Assembly: GCA_963710375.1 (NCBI GenBank)
Contig: CAVPZX010000008.1
Location: 96,001-160,000 of the forward strand
Direction: 5' to 3'
Source: Nitrospirota bacterium
Lineage (GTDB): Bacteria > Nitrospirota > Thermodesulfovibrionia > Thermodesulfovibrionales > Dissulfurispiraceae
DNA length: 64,000 nt
A model generated the notes under the pieces. It was given only the letters and a program-made list of their open reading frames with translations. It was not told where the DNA came from and did no database searches. A program made the position numbers and the translations under genes. Position 1 is the stretch's first letter; every line of letters starts with the position of its first letter. Positions 1-9,325 of this stretch are shown piece by piece.

Positions 1-171
1 GTTCTTCTCCACCGGAATAGACGTGTCGCGTACAGCCTTGAATGTGCTGTAATAAAGCTCATCTATCTTGCAGTCGATGACAACACTATCACTCTTGGGC
101 TTTTTGGCCGGCACTTCAGCAGTATCTATCTGGTCTTTCGAACATTCTTCTACGTTGGTTTTCTTTTTCAT
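1..171 (-). CDS. pstB: Phosphate ABC transporter ATPase, 5' part (runs off window)
   Basis: Own translation MKKKTNVEE...IDELYYSTFKAVRDTSIPVEKN. GGAG RBS upstream; follows pstA. Confidence 0.85.
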   Translation of the reverse strand, partial: MKKKTNVEECSKDQIDTAEVPAKKPKSDSVVIDCKIDELYYSTFKAVRDTSIPVEKN

Positions 172-183
172 GTCTCGACTCTC

Positions 184-1146
184 CTATTCCTGAATTTGAC
201 GGCGTGAGAATGCCTGCCCGATAAGATTTGTTACCAACACCAGCAATACTAGAACCAGCGCCGCCACCCAAGCAAGGTCCACCTGGTTATCAAAGGGCAT
301 GCCTGCGAAGTTATATATGAGCACTGCTAACGACGCAGTCGGTTGCTTAAGGTCAAATCCGCCACGGAATAGCCAGTAGTTGCTGAAAAGGGCTGTGAAG
401 AGCAACGGCGCAGTTTCACCTGCTGCGCGGGCTATCGCCAGCATAATGCCGGTAAGAATACCGGGCATGGCTGTGGGAAGAAGGACCATCCAGGTGGTCT
501 GCGTTGGAGTTGCCCCCATCCCTATTGCCGCGTCCCGCATCTTTGCCGGCACCATACGGATGGAGTCTTCAGCGGTCAGGATGATAGTCGGCAGCATCAG
601 GATTGAAAGGGCAACACCCCCAGCGATCGCCGAGTAGCCGCCAAAAGTCAACACAAGTACGCCGTAGGCGAACACGCCGGCCAGGATAGAAGGAAACCCT
701 GTAAGAATCTTGGCCCCGAATCTGACCGCGCTTGCGAGTGGGCTCTCCTGCCTCGCCTGGGACAGGTACACAGCGCTGAGAATACCGAGTGGGATGCTGA
801 TCAATGCAGCGAGGGCAACCATGATCAGCGTGCCGAGAATTGCGTTGCCAAACCCTCCCCCTTCCTCCATGGGCGCGGGTGGCAATTGTGTGAAGACGTC
901 AAGACTGAGCCTCTGGCCGCCGCGCCATATCAACATCAATACGACAGAGAACAGTGGTATCAGGGCCAACAATGTCATCACAGATACGAGGTTGCTCAAG
1001 AGAAGATCAATTAACGTGCGGGGACGTCGAAGGGACTTCTCCAGTTCGGAGAAGTCTACGTCAGCAAAAGGGTTGACTTCCGGCCCGCCTGAATCGGGAG
1101 GGCAGGGTGTGATATTAGCATTTAATGCGGTGTCCTGAGTGTTCAT
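184..1146 (-). CDS. pstA: Phosphate ABC transporter permease PstA
   Basis: GFPSILAGVF and ARAAGETAPLLF motifs. Start placed at MNTQD, overlapping the pstC stop. Confidence 0.95.
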   Translation of the reverse strand: MNTQDTALNANITPCPPDSGGPEVNPFADVDFSELEKSLRRPRTLIDLLLSNLVSVMTLLALIPLFSVVLMLIWRGGQRLSLDVFTQLPPAPMEEGGGFGNAILGTLIMVALAALISIPLGILSAVYLSQARQESPLASAVRFGAKILTGFPSILAGVFAYGVLVLTFGGYSAIAGGVALSILMLPTIILTAEDSIRMVPAKMRDAAIGMGATPTQTTWMVLLPTAMPGILTGIMLAIARAAGETAPLLFTALFSNYWLFRGGFDLKQPTASLAVLIYNFAGMPFDNQVDLAWVAALVLVLLVLVTNLIGQAFSRRQIQE

Positions 1147-2165
1147 TATTTTGCTTCTTCCTGTATGGCCGAGGCCCTTTGCAAAATGAGCGAGCCGATG
1201 ATGTTGACGCACAACGTGATCGCGAGGAGCACAAGTGCCGCATACATAAGCACGCCCACATCCTTCTTAGCAGCTTCAGGGAAGTTGTTGGCCAGGAGTG
1301 CCGCCAGAGTGTTTGCCGGGGAAAATAATGAAACGCTGATCCGGTTAGCGTTTCCGACGAGCATGGCAAGCGCCATCGTCTCTCCCAGAGCGCGTCCGAA
1401 AGCCAGGATCACAGCCCCGACAATACCACGGAAAGCTGTAGGAAGGATCACTGCAAGGATGGTCTCCCATCGTGTGGCGCCCATTCCATATGCGGCCATC
1501 CTGAGCTTTGGAGGCACTGCCACAAGGGCGCCACGGCTGATAGCCGTAATGGTCGGCAGAATCATGATAGCCAGTACAATGACAGCCGGAAGCACGCCTG
1601 GCCCGGTCAGCGTTGTGCCGAACAGGGGTATCCACCCTAGTTTCATATTGAGCCAGTTGCACGCGGGCCGGATAAGCGGTATTATCACAAACAAGCCCCA
1701 TAAACCGTACACGACGCTGGGGATAGCGGCCAGCAGTTCAATCAGGTTCTTCAGGAGATCTTCAAGGCGGTCAGGCAGCTTAGCCAGCATTGGATGTAAA
1801 TGAAGCCTCAAACTCTTCAAGATTATAAATACAGCCTGGGCGAGGAAACCTTCGCTGAGGAATATTGCCGCCGCCACCCCGAAGGCCGTACCGATGATCA
1901 GGGCAAGGAAAGACGTGTAGAGCGTCCCCCAGATTTCAGGGAGGATACCGAACTGTCCGGTGTTGGGGTCCCATGTTGTCCCCGCGAGGAAACCGAGGCC
2001 GTACTGCCGCATGGCCGGCACGGCATTTATAGCGATCTCCAGCACTATAAACGCCACCGTGAGGATCGACAGCCACGCAAATCCGTAACATAGCCCACGG
2101 AAAGCGCTATCGGTTAATTGCTGAGAACGTGTTGGTGGCCGTGATATCTGGCCCATGTCATTCAT
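1146..2165 (-). CDS. pstC: Phosphate ABC transporter permease PstC
   Basis: IELLAAIPSVVYGLWG and FGRALGETMA motifs. Confidence 0.95.
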   Translation of the reverse strand: MNDMGQISRPPTRSQQLTDSAFRGLCYGFAWLSILTVAFIVLEIAINAVPAMRQYGLGFLAGTTWDPNTGQFGILPEIWGTLYTSFLALIIGTAFGVAAAIFLSEGFLAQAVFIILKSLRLHLHPMLAKLPDRLEDLLKNLIELLAAIPSVVYGLWGLFVIIPLIRPACNWLNMKLGWIPLFGTTLTGPGVLPAVIVLAIMILPTITAISRGALVAVPPKLRMAAYGMGATRWETILAVILPTAFRGIVGAVILAFGRALGETMALAMLVGNANRISVSLFSPANTLAALLANNFPEAAKKDVGVLMYAALVLLAITLCVNIIGSLILQRASAIQEEAK

Positions 2166-2200
2166 AATTGCACTTTCGCCTTATGCCCCGCGCCCGGTTA

Positions 2201-3223
2201 CTACTTAATATTCTGAGTCGCAGCGATCACCTTATCGCTTACAATCTTCGGCAGCGGTATGTAACCGAGGGGTTCAGCAAACTTCTGGCCATCGGTCACC
2301 ACATATTTCAAGAGGTCCTTAAGTATCGCAGCTTTCTTTTTGTCGGGGTAATTCTTATAAAAAAGCAGCCAGGTGTAAGTGACGATAGGATACGCGTCCT
2401 TGCCATTAGGGTCAGAGGCCCAAACAATCATGTCGTTTGGTATCTTCGCAGAAGCAAGGGCGGCCTGGCCGGATGCAGAAGTCGCAGCGACGTAGTTGCC
2501 CGACTTATTCTCGAGGATCGCCATGGGGAGTTTCTGGCTCTTGGCATAACCGTATTCAATGTAACCGATGGACCCTGGCGTCGTCTTAATACTGGCAGTG
2601 ACACCCTCATTACCCTTGGAACGGGTTCCTGTCGGCCAGTTCGGCATTTTATTGGTGCCGGGGCTTTTGGCGAAGTCCGGACTGATGGTGCTCAGATGTT
2701 TCGAAAAGACAAAAGTTGTGCCGCTGCTGTCGGCCCGCACTACCACATTGATCGGTATGTTGGGAAGTTTGACCCCGGGATTGGTATTGGCGATCAGAGG
2801 GTCGTTCCACCTCTTGACCTTGCCCAAAAAAATGCCGGCGTAGGCTTTGCGGGACAGCTTCAACGCGGTCACGCCCTGTATATTGTAAGACAGCACTATG
2901 CTGCCTGCTGTCACAGGGAGGCATTGCACGCCTGCTGCGACCTGGGACATCTCGCCCTGATTCATGGCTGCGTCGCTGGCTCCGAAATCGACGGTTCTGT
3001 CGATCAAGCTCTTAATACCGCTGCCGCTGCCAACCGATTGGTAGTCGACCTGCACATTATTGTGTGATCCCGTGTAGGTCTTGAACCACTTGAAATAGAG
3101 AGGAGCGGGAAAGCTGGCCCCTGCCCCCTGCAACTTTACGAGGTCGGATGCTTCTCCCAATACGGTGAAACCAAGTACAAGCGCCACAAGCAAAACAATC
3201 GAACTCCAACGAGTAACCTTCAT
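2201..3223 (-). CDS. pstS: Phosphate-binding protein PstS
   Basis: Signal peptide; GAGASFPAP, GSGSG, DFGASD, RADSSGTT, YPIVTYTW motifs. Confidence 0.97.
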   Translation of the reverse strand: MKVTRWSSIVLLVALVLGFTVLGEASDLVKLQGAGASFPAPLYFKWFKTYTGSHNNVQVDYQSVGSGSGIKSLIDRTVDFGASDAAMNQGEMSQVAAGVQCLPVTAGSIVLSYNIQGVTALKLSRKAYAGIFLGKVKRWNDPLIANTNPGVKLPNIPINVVVRADSSGTTFVFSKHLSTISPDFAKSPGTNKMPNWPTGTRSKGNEGVTASIKTTPGSIGYIEYGYAKSQKLPMAILENKSGNYVAATSASGQAALASAKIPNDMIVWASDPNGKDAYPIVTYTWLLFYKNYPDKKKAAILKDLLKYVVTDGQKFAEPLGYIPLPKIVSDKVIAATQNIK

Positions 3224-3325
3224 GTCAATTCTCCTTTTATAAAGTCATGATAGTGTGACTGGATAGATTTCCCCAGCAGTATCTGCTTCGGCAGCCATTA
3301 AAGTCGAGAAACTTTACAGGAAACT

Positions 3326-3384
3326 AAGATAGCACACGCATTGTTACACCATTATTACGCTTATGTGACATCTTTGTGTCGTAT
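3326..3384 (-). promoter_or_regulatory. Pho box (four 11-bp units) plus -10 element for pstSCAB
   Basis: Minus-strand units CGACACAA, TGTCACAT, CGTAATAA, TGTAACAA at an 11-bp period (3341-3384), then TATCTT at 3331-3326. Confidence 0.75.
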
Positions 3385-3665
3385 GCTGCCATCGAAATTT
3401 TCTTAAAAAAATCCGGCCTACACACTCTGTTTTCCGATTTGATGATTTATTATTTTTCCAGCAAGTTGCAGGATCAAAGGTAACTAAAAATTAACACACC
3501 TGTAAAATTCAATTCATAATGGAGTGCTATGATAATAAGCTGTAATGTTTAATTAAGACTTGGTATTTAGAAGATATTCCGGGACGTTACCGCATGGAAG
3601 TAAGATAGCTACTACGATGCAGGCTAACAGATGCAAGGCAAAATAACGCCGAAAAGGAGAAAGAA

Positions 3666-6158
3666 ATGAATCATAGCGGAGACGAGGCATATACCAAAAC
3701 TGACGGAAACCTGGGCATGAATATATCGCCCGATGAGTTGGGCCGGGAATTTGAGCGTCATCTTCGTTATACTCTCGCCAAAGACCACTACACCGCAACG
3801 GATCGGGACCGATACTATGCATTGGCATTGTCTGTGCGAGACCGGCTGATTGACCGGTGGATGTGCACACAACAGGCTCATCATAAAAACGCCGTGAAGC
3901 GGGTTTATTATCTGTCCATGGAGTTCCTTATAGGCCGACTGCTGGGGAACAATGTGATCAATCTTCAGATCGAAGAGACATGCAGAGAATCATTGCGGCA
4001 GTTCGGCGTTAACTGGGTCGCCCTCCGGAATTATGAGGTCGATGCCGGCCTGGGCAACGGGGGACTGGGTCGTCTGGCTGCCTGTTTTATGGACTCTCTT
4101 TCGACTCTTCAGATACCCGCAATAGGCTACGGCCTCCGGTACGATTATGGCATTTTTCACCAGCGCATCGAGAATGGTTATCAGGTGGAGGACGCCGACC
4201 CTTGGCTAAAGCACGGCTACCCCTGGGAGATTGCCCATCCGGAGTTCTCCTTCGAGGTCCACTTTGGCGGCCGTGTTGAGACCCGGCCGGGACCTGATGG
4301 ACCCGAATGGAAATGGGTAGACAGCAGGCCGGTCATTGGTATGCCGTATGACCTGCCGGTCGTGGGGTACGGTGGACAGACCGTCAATACCCTCCGTCTA
4401 TGGTCATGCAGGGCAGCCGAGGACTTCGACTTTGAGGATTTCAACCGGGGGTCATACGTCGAAGCTGTGGCGAGCAAAGTGCAGGCGGAGAATCTGACCA
4501 AGGTGCTTTATCCCAATGACAACATATTTGAGGGCAAAGAATTGCGTCTTAGACAGCAGTATTTCCTTGTTTCCTGCTCACTGCAAGACATAATCCGTCG
4601 GTTCAAAGCAGACGGCTCAGACCTGGAGGCATTGCCGGACCGGGTGTTCCTGCAGCTCAATGACACCCATCCCTCACTGGCTATCCCTGAACTCATGAGA
4701 ATCCTGATAGATGAGATGAGGTTGGAGTGGAATAAGGCGTGGGATATTACAACTGCGTGCATCGGGTACACCAACCATACGATATTGCCAGAGGCGTTGG
4801 AGGTTTGGCCGATAGAGATGTTCAATAGACTTCTTCCCCGCCACCTGCAGATCATTTACGAAATCAACGGCAGGTTCATGCGATCTGTGGCTACCCGCTA
4901 TCCACTTGACATCGATCGCCTGAGACGAATGACTATTATCAGTGACGAAAATGGCAAACAGGTCCATATGGCCAACCTGGCTGTTGTTGGTTCCTGCTCG
5001 GTCAATGGCGTCTCGGAGATTCACACACGGCTCCTTAAGGAAAGGGTGCTGCGCGACTTTGCGGAGTTCTGGCCTCAGAAATTTAACAACAAGACTAATG
5101 GAATTACGCCTCGGCGTTGGCTGTTAAAAGCAAACCCAAGACTGGCCGGTCTTATCACAGAAACGATCGGCGACAGATGGATCGTGGACTTAGATCAGCT
5201 ACGGAGACTAGAACAGTATGCCACTGATGAAGGGTTCCAGGCGAGTTTCAGAGAGGTAAAGCAGCAGAACAAGGCCGCTTTGGCGGGCTACATCCGGGCC
5301 CGGCTGGGTATCAATATTTCACCTGACTCCATGTTTGACGTCCAGGTGAAGAGGTTCCACGAGTACAAGAGGCAGCTTCTGTTTGCTCTTTATATAATTG
5401 TGCGATACAACCAGATACGAGATAACCCCGCGCTGAGTTTCGTCCCCCGCACCTTTATTATCGGGGGGAAGGCTGCGCCCGGTTTCTTCATGGCAAAGTT
5501 GATAATCAAGCTCATCCACCAGGTTGCGGATGTGGTCAACAACGATCCATTGGTACAGGATTTATTAAAGGTAGTTTTCGTACCCAACTACCGGGTTTCG
5601 CTTGCTGAGCTGATTATTCCTGCCGCTGACCTCAGTGAACAAATATCACTAGCCGGCACAGAGGCCTCCGGCACCGGGAACATGAAGTTCCAGCTTAACG
5701 GGGCACTGACCATCGGAACACTCGATGGCGCCAACGTCGAGATGAAGGAAGAGGTCGGTCATGACAACATTTTTATATTCGGCATGACTGCGGATGAAGT
5801 CGAACAGCGTCGCCCATCATACAGCGCGTTTGACGTATACAACAGTGACGAGGAAATACGTAGGGCGATGCAACTAATCGAAGAGGATTTCTTTAGTCTG
5901 TTTGAGCCCGGCATCTTCCGTCCTATCGTTCAAGCCCTGTTGTACGAAGGCGACCGTTATATGCTTCTGGCCGACATGCGTGAGTACATAGAAGCCCAGG
6001 CCCGCGTTGATGCATCATACAAGGAGCCTGCGCAGTGGTATGAGAAGGCAATCCTGAACGTGGCCCGTTCCGGAAAGTTCTCGTCTGACCGCACTATTGG
6101 CGAATATGTTTCTGACATCTGGCATGTGGAACCTTGCGAACGATGTTCGCCTCAGTAG
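3666..6158 (+). CDS. glgP: Glycogen/starch phosphorylase
   Basis: GLGNGGLGRLAACF, QLNDTHP, and EASGTGNMK (PLP lysine) motifs. Confidence 0.97.
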   Translation: MNHSGDEAYTKTDGNLGMNISPDELGREFERHLRYTLAKDHYTATDRDRYYALALSVRDRLIDRWMCTQQAHHKNAVKRVYYLSMEFLIGRLLGNNVINLQIEETCRESLRQFGVNWVALRNYEVDAGLGNGGLGRLAACFMDSLSTLQIPAIGYGLRYDYGIFHQRIENGYQVEDADPWLKHGYPWEIAHPEFSFEVHFGGRVETRPGPDGPEWKWVDSRPVIGMPYDLPVVGYGGQTVNTLRLWSCRAAEDFDFEDFNRGSYVEAVASKVQAENLTKVLYPNDNIFEGKELRLRQQYFLVSCSLQDIIRRFKADGSDLEALPDRVFLQLNDTHPSLAIPELMRILIDEMRLEWNKAWDITTACIGYTNHTILPEALEVWPIEMFNRLLPRHLQIIYEINGRFMRSVATRYPLDIDRLRRMTIISDENGKQVHMANLAVVGSCSVNGVSEIHTRLLKERVLRDFAEFWPQKFNNKTNGITPRRWLLKANPRLAGLITETIGDRWIVDLDQLRRLEQYATDEGFQASFREVKQQNKAALAGYIRARLGINISPDSMFDVQVKRFHEYKRQLLFALYIIVRYNQIRDNPALSFVPRTFIIGGKAAPGFFMAKLIIKLIHQVADVVNNDPLVQDLLKVVFVPNYRVSLAELIIPAADLSEQISLAGTEASGTGNMKFQLNGALTIGTLDGANVEMKEEVGHDNIFIFGMTADEVEQRRPSYSAFDVYNSDEEIRRAMQLIEEDFFSLFEPGIFRPIVQALLYEGDRYMLLADMREYIEAQARVDASYKEPAQWYEKAILNVARSGKFSSDRTIGEYVSDIWHVEPCERCSPQ

Positions 6159-6264
6159 ATAGAGGGCTATAGAAATCGTTCGCCGAATCGTGATGTGACC
6201 CAAGCTACCACATGTCACAGGTTATTTGTGCGCAGAACCTGAATACTGATATACTATCAGCAGT

Positions 6265-7029
6265 ATGAATATAGCCCTTACCATAGCTGGGTCCGATCCG
6301 TCCGGTGGGGCAGGGATACAGGCTGATCTCAAGGTTTTTCACCGCTTTGCAGTATACGGTCTATCTGCACTGTCCGCTGCCACCGCTCAAAATACTTTAA
6401 AGGTCAGCGCAATTGAAAGAATAGAAGGCACTTTTTTATTCGAACAATTGACCACGCTGCTGACTGATATGCGGCCCGATGCGCTTAAAACAGGCATGCT
6501 CCTTTCGGCTGATGCCGTAAGGTATGTGGCTAAAGCAGTGACGTCATACAGCCTGCAGAATCTCGTGGTAGACCCGGTCATAATATCATCCTCAGGTGCG
6601 AGTTTGCTCGAAAAAAAAGCTGCCGAAGTTATGAGAGAAGAGTTGTTCCCACTGGCAAAGGCAATAACACCAAACATTGCTGAAGCTTCAACACTCACAG
6701 GCATCAAGGTGTCGGATGAAGGGACCATGGAGGAAGCTGCAATTGCACTAAAACGGTTTGGGCCGGAATTTGTCATCATCACGGGCGGCCATCTTGCGGA
6801 TGAGACGGTTGAAATCATCTATGATGGAAAGACCGTCCACAGGCTGCGAGGCAGAAAAATTGCGGGCGAATTTCACGGAACAGGGTGTGCGTTCTCAGCA
6901 GCCATTACTGCACTGCTGGCGAAAGGTACTTCGGTAATCGATGCCGTCAAAGAGGCCAAGTCATTCGTTGCCAGCGCAATAGAAAGCTCGCTTGCACTCG
7001 GTAAAGGAATGAGGTTGCTTAACATTTAA
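6265..7029 (+). CDS. thiD: Hydroxymethylpyrimidine/phosphomethylpyrimidine kinase
   Basis: ALTIAGSDPSGGAGIQADLK and HGTGC motifs. Confidence 0.96.
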   Translation: MNIALTIAGSDPSGGAGIQADLKVFHRFAVYGLSALSAATAQNTLKVSAIERIEGTFLFEQLTTLLTDMRPDALKTGMLLSADAVRYVAKAVTSYSLQNLVVDPVIISSSGASLLEKKAAEVMREELFPLAKAITPNIAEASTLTGIKVSDEGTMEEAAIALKRFGPEFVIITGGHLADETVEIIYDGKTVHRLRGRKIAGEFHGTGCAFSAAITALLAKGTSVIDAVKEAKSFVASAIESSLALGKGMRLLNI

Positions 7030-7040
7030 AAAAATTGACT

Positions 7041-8462
7041 ATGGCAAAAATAAAAACTATATTTCAGTGTCAGTCCTGCGGCTATGCAAGCCCTAAATGG
7101 CTCGGCAAGTGCCCTGATTGCGGAGCGTGGAACAGTTTCTCCGAGGAGCGGCAGAGCCCCAAGGCATTAAAATCCCCGGGCACCTTTGGCGGAGTTAGCG
7201 AAGCCCAGCCTTTGACCGCGATCACCGGGGGAAAAGAACGGAGAAATTGCATCGGCATAAAGGAGTTGGACCGTGTGCTGGGCGGGGGGCTGGTTGACGG
7301 CGCCGTTGTCCTCATAGGCGGCGATCCCGGCATCGGCAAATCCACACTTATCCTCCAGGCCCTGGCAAAAATAGCGGATAAAAAATGCCACCATGAAAAT
7401 ACAACGCTCAATCCTCAACGTGCCTCCGCGCAACCTACTTCCGGCTCAACGGTTCTTTATGTATCGGGTGAAGAATCTCCGGAACAAATCAAATTAAGGG
7501 CTGAAAGGCTTTCGATCAATGCCGAAACGATCATGCTGCTTCCCGAGACGCTGGTTGAAAACATTATCATTACTGCCGGTAAACTCAATCCTGCCGTTAT
7601 GGTGATCGATTCCATACAGACTATTTTTACCGAGGACCTCACTTCGGCACCGGGATCTGTAGGCCAAATAAGGGAATCAGCTGCCAAACTGATGCTCTTT
7701 GCAAAAAAATCCGGGATACCGGTTTTCCTGATAGGGCATGTGACGAAAGAAGGCGCCATTGCAGGCCCCCGGGTACTCGAACACCTGGTCGATACAGTGC
7801 TCTATTTCGAGGGAGACAGGGGACATCCTTACAGAATCCTCCGTACAGTAAAAAACAGGTTCGGCTCAACCAATGAGATAGGCGTCTTTGAAATGACAGA
7901 CAGCGGTCTGTCAGAAATCAATAATCCTTCTGAACTTTTCCTGTCCGAAAGGCCGATCAATGTTTCGGGTTCGACAGTAATCGCCAGCATGGAAGGTACA
8001 AGGCCGCTGCTCGTTGAAATACAGGCACTGGTGGCTCCCACGACGTTCGGCATGCCGAGGAGGACGAGTATGGGTGTTGATTATAACCGTGTAAATCTCC
8101 TTGTAGCAGTGCTCGAAAAAAAAGCTGGCATGCACTTGGGAGGAATGGATATATTTATAAATATAGTGGGGGGACTGAAAATAATCGAGCCCGCCTCCGA
8201 TCTTGGAATTATCGCGGCAATTGCATCCTCCTTCAGAGAGATACCGATAGATTCAAATACCTTCCTTTTCGGAGAAGTCGGGCTTTCAGGCGAGGTGCGG
8301 GCAGTCGCACAAGGAGAAACGAGGCTCAAAGAGGCATCGAAAATAGGCTTTAAAAAAGCGATAATACCGAAAGGCAACATGGAGCGCCTGAAGGACGATT
8401 TGGGGCTTACAATTATGGGGGTTAAGAACGTTGAAGAAGCAATGGAACACATCAAAGCATAG
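7041..8462 (+). CDS. radA: DNA repair protein RadA/Sms
   Basis: C4 zinc finger, GDPGIGKST, KNRFG motif. Confidence 0.97.
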   Translation: MAKIKTIFQCQSCGYASPKWLGKCPDCGAWNSFSEERQSPKALKSPGTFGGVSEAQPLTAITGGKERRNCIGIKELDRVLGGGLVDGAVVLIGGDPGIGKSTLILQALAKIADKKCHHENTTLNPQRASAQPTSGSTVLYVSGEESPEQIKLRAERLSINAETIMLLPETLVENIIITAGKLNPAVMVIDSIQTIFTEDLTSAPGSVGQIRESAAKLMLFAKKSGIPVFLIGHVTKEGAIAGPRVLEHLVDTVLYFEGDRGHPYRILRTVKNRFGSTNEIGVFEMTDSGLSEINNPSELFLSERPINVSGSTVIASMEGTRPLLVEIQALVAPTTFGMPRRTSMGVDYNRVNLLVAVLEKKAGMHLGGMDIFINIVGGLKIIEPASDLGIIAAIASSFREIPIDSNTFLFGEVGLSGEVRAVAQGETRLKEASKIGFKKAIIPKGNMERLKDDLGLTIMGVKNVEEAMEHIKA

Positions 8463-9243
8463 CAAAAAGGACAAAGCGCAAAGTGCAAAGCGCATAGAGC
8501 AAAGTGAAAAGAAAAAAAATGACAATCCCCTGATTGCGGCTCTTTGCCCTTCGCACCGTGATCTTGACCCTATGCCCTTTGCCCTATGCTCTATGCTCTT
8601 TGCCCTTTGCCTGCTTCTTTTTGTTTCCTGTGCGCCAAAATACGCTGAAAAACCCTCACGGGAAGGTATCCCTCTTCCTGAGATACTTGCAAAGATGAAC
8701 ACCGTTCAGTCCATAGAGGCGATTTTATCCATAGACTATGAAAAAAATGACGCTACGATGAGCGGAGATGCCTTCCTAAGTCTTTCCCCTGCTGCACTGG
8801 ACCTCAGAATTTATTATCTCGGCTTTCTTGCCGGCGAGGTCAAAGAAAATAATGGCGTCATAAAGAGCAAACCGAAGCTCGATAAATACAAAAGCATAGT
8901 CCTTGTAGATGGGCTGAGAAACAGCTTCTTGTGGTGGACAATAAGCGACTATACTATTCAGGAGACAGGAGACAGTTATGTGTTAAGGAATTTCAGCAGG
9001 ACGCTGACAATAAGTAAAAAAAACCTGCTTCCGGTGGAACAGACAATCGAACTTGATAACGGGGAAGAAATGACCATATCCTATGATGAGCCGGCCATGA
9101 ACAAACCGGAGGCCGGAAAAAACGGACTTGACCCGGAAATCGCGTGGTACCAATCCCGTCTGTCGATTCGTTATAGAAACCACCAGGTAAAAGTCAGGGT
9201 AAAATCATATACAGCAACAATAGGAAAGGCAGGTAAAGGTTAA
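8431..9243 (+). CDS. Putative lipoprotein of unknown function (start uncertain: 8431 TTG or 8572 ATG)
   Basis: Lipobox-like LLLFVSC; beta-rich mature region; directly follows radA. Confidence 0.7.
   Translation: MKKQWNTSKHSKKDKAQSAKRIEQSEKKKNDNPLIAALCPSHRDLDPMPFALCSMLFALCLLLFVSCAPKYAEKPSREGIPLPEILAKMNTVQSIEAILSIDYEKNDATMSGDAFLSLSPAALDLRIYYLGFLAGEVKENNGVIKSKPKLDKYKSIVLVDGLRNSFLWWTISDYTIQETGDSYVLRNFSRTLTISKKNLLPVEQTIELDNGEEMTISYDEPAMNKPEAGKNGLDPEIAWYQSRLSIRYRNHQVKVRVKSYTATIGKAGKG
8457..8612. repeat. Heptamer tandem-repeat hairpin (GCAAAGN/GCATAGA units and their complement)
   Basis: Left arm gcgcaaagtgcaaagcgcatagagcaaag; right arm ctatgccctttgccctatgctctatgctctttgccctttgcc. Confidence 0.8.
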
Positions 9244-9317
9244 GGTTGAGGTTAAGGATTGTGCTAAAAGCTAAACAGTGCTTTTTTTGTCTTTTCTTAA
9301 CCTTAACCTCAACCTGC
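9229..9317. repeat. Hexamer (AGGTTA-type) tandem-repeat hairpin, copy 1; probable bidirectional terminator
   Basis: gcaggtaaaggttaaggttgaggttaag ... cttaaccttaacctcaacctgc, between convergent genes. Confidence 0.8.
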
Positions 9318-9325
9318 TTTTTTTG

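Noticed and set aside
2168..3067. 299-aa + strand ORF
   Set aside because: Antisense shadow of pstS.
6194..6219. CRP/FNR-like site TGTGA...TCACA
   Set aside because: Spacer is 16 bp rather than 6.
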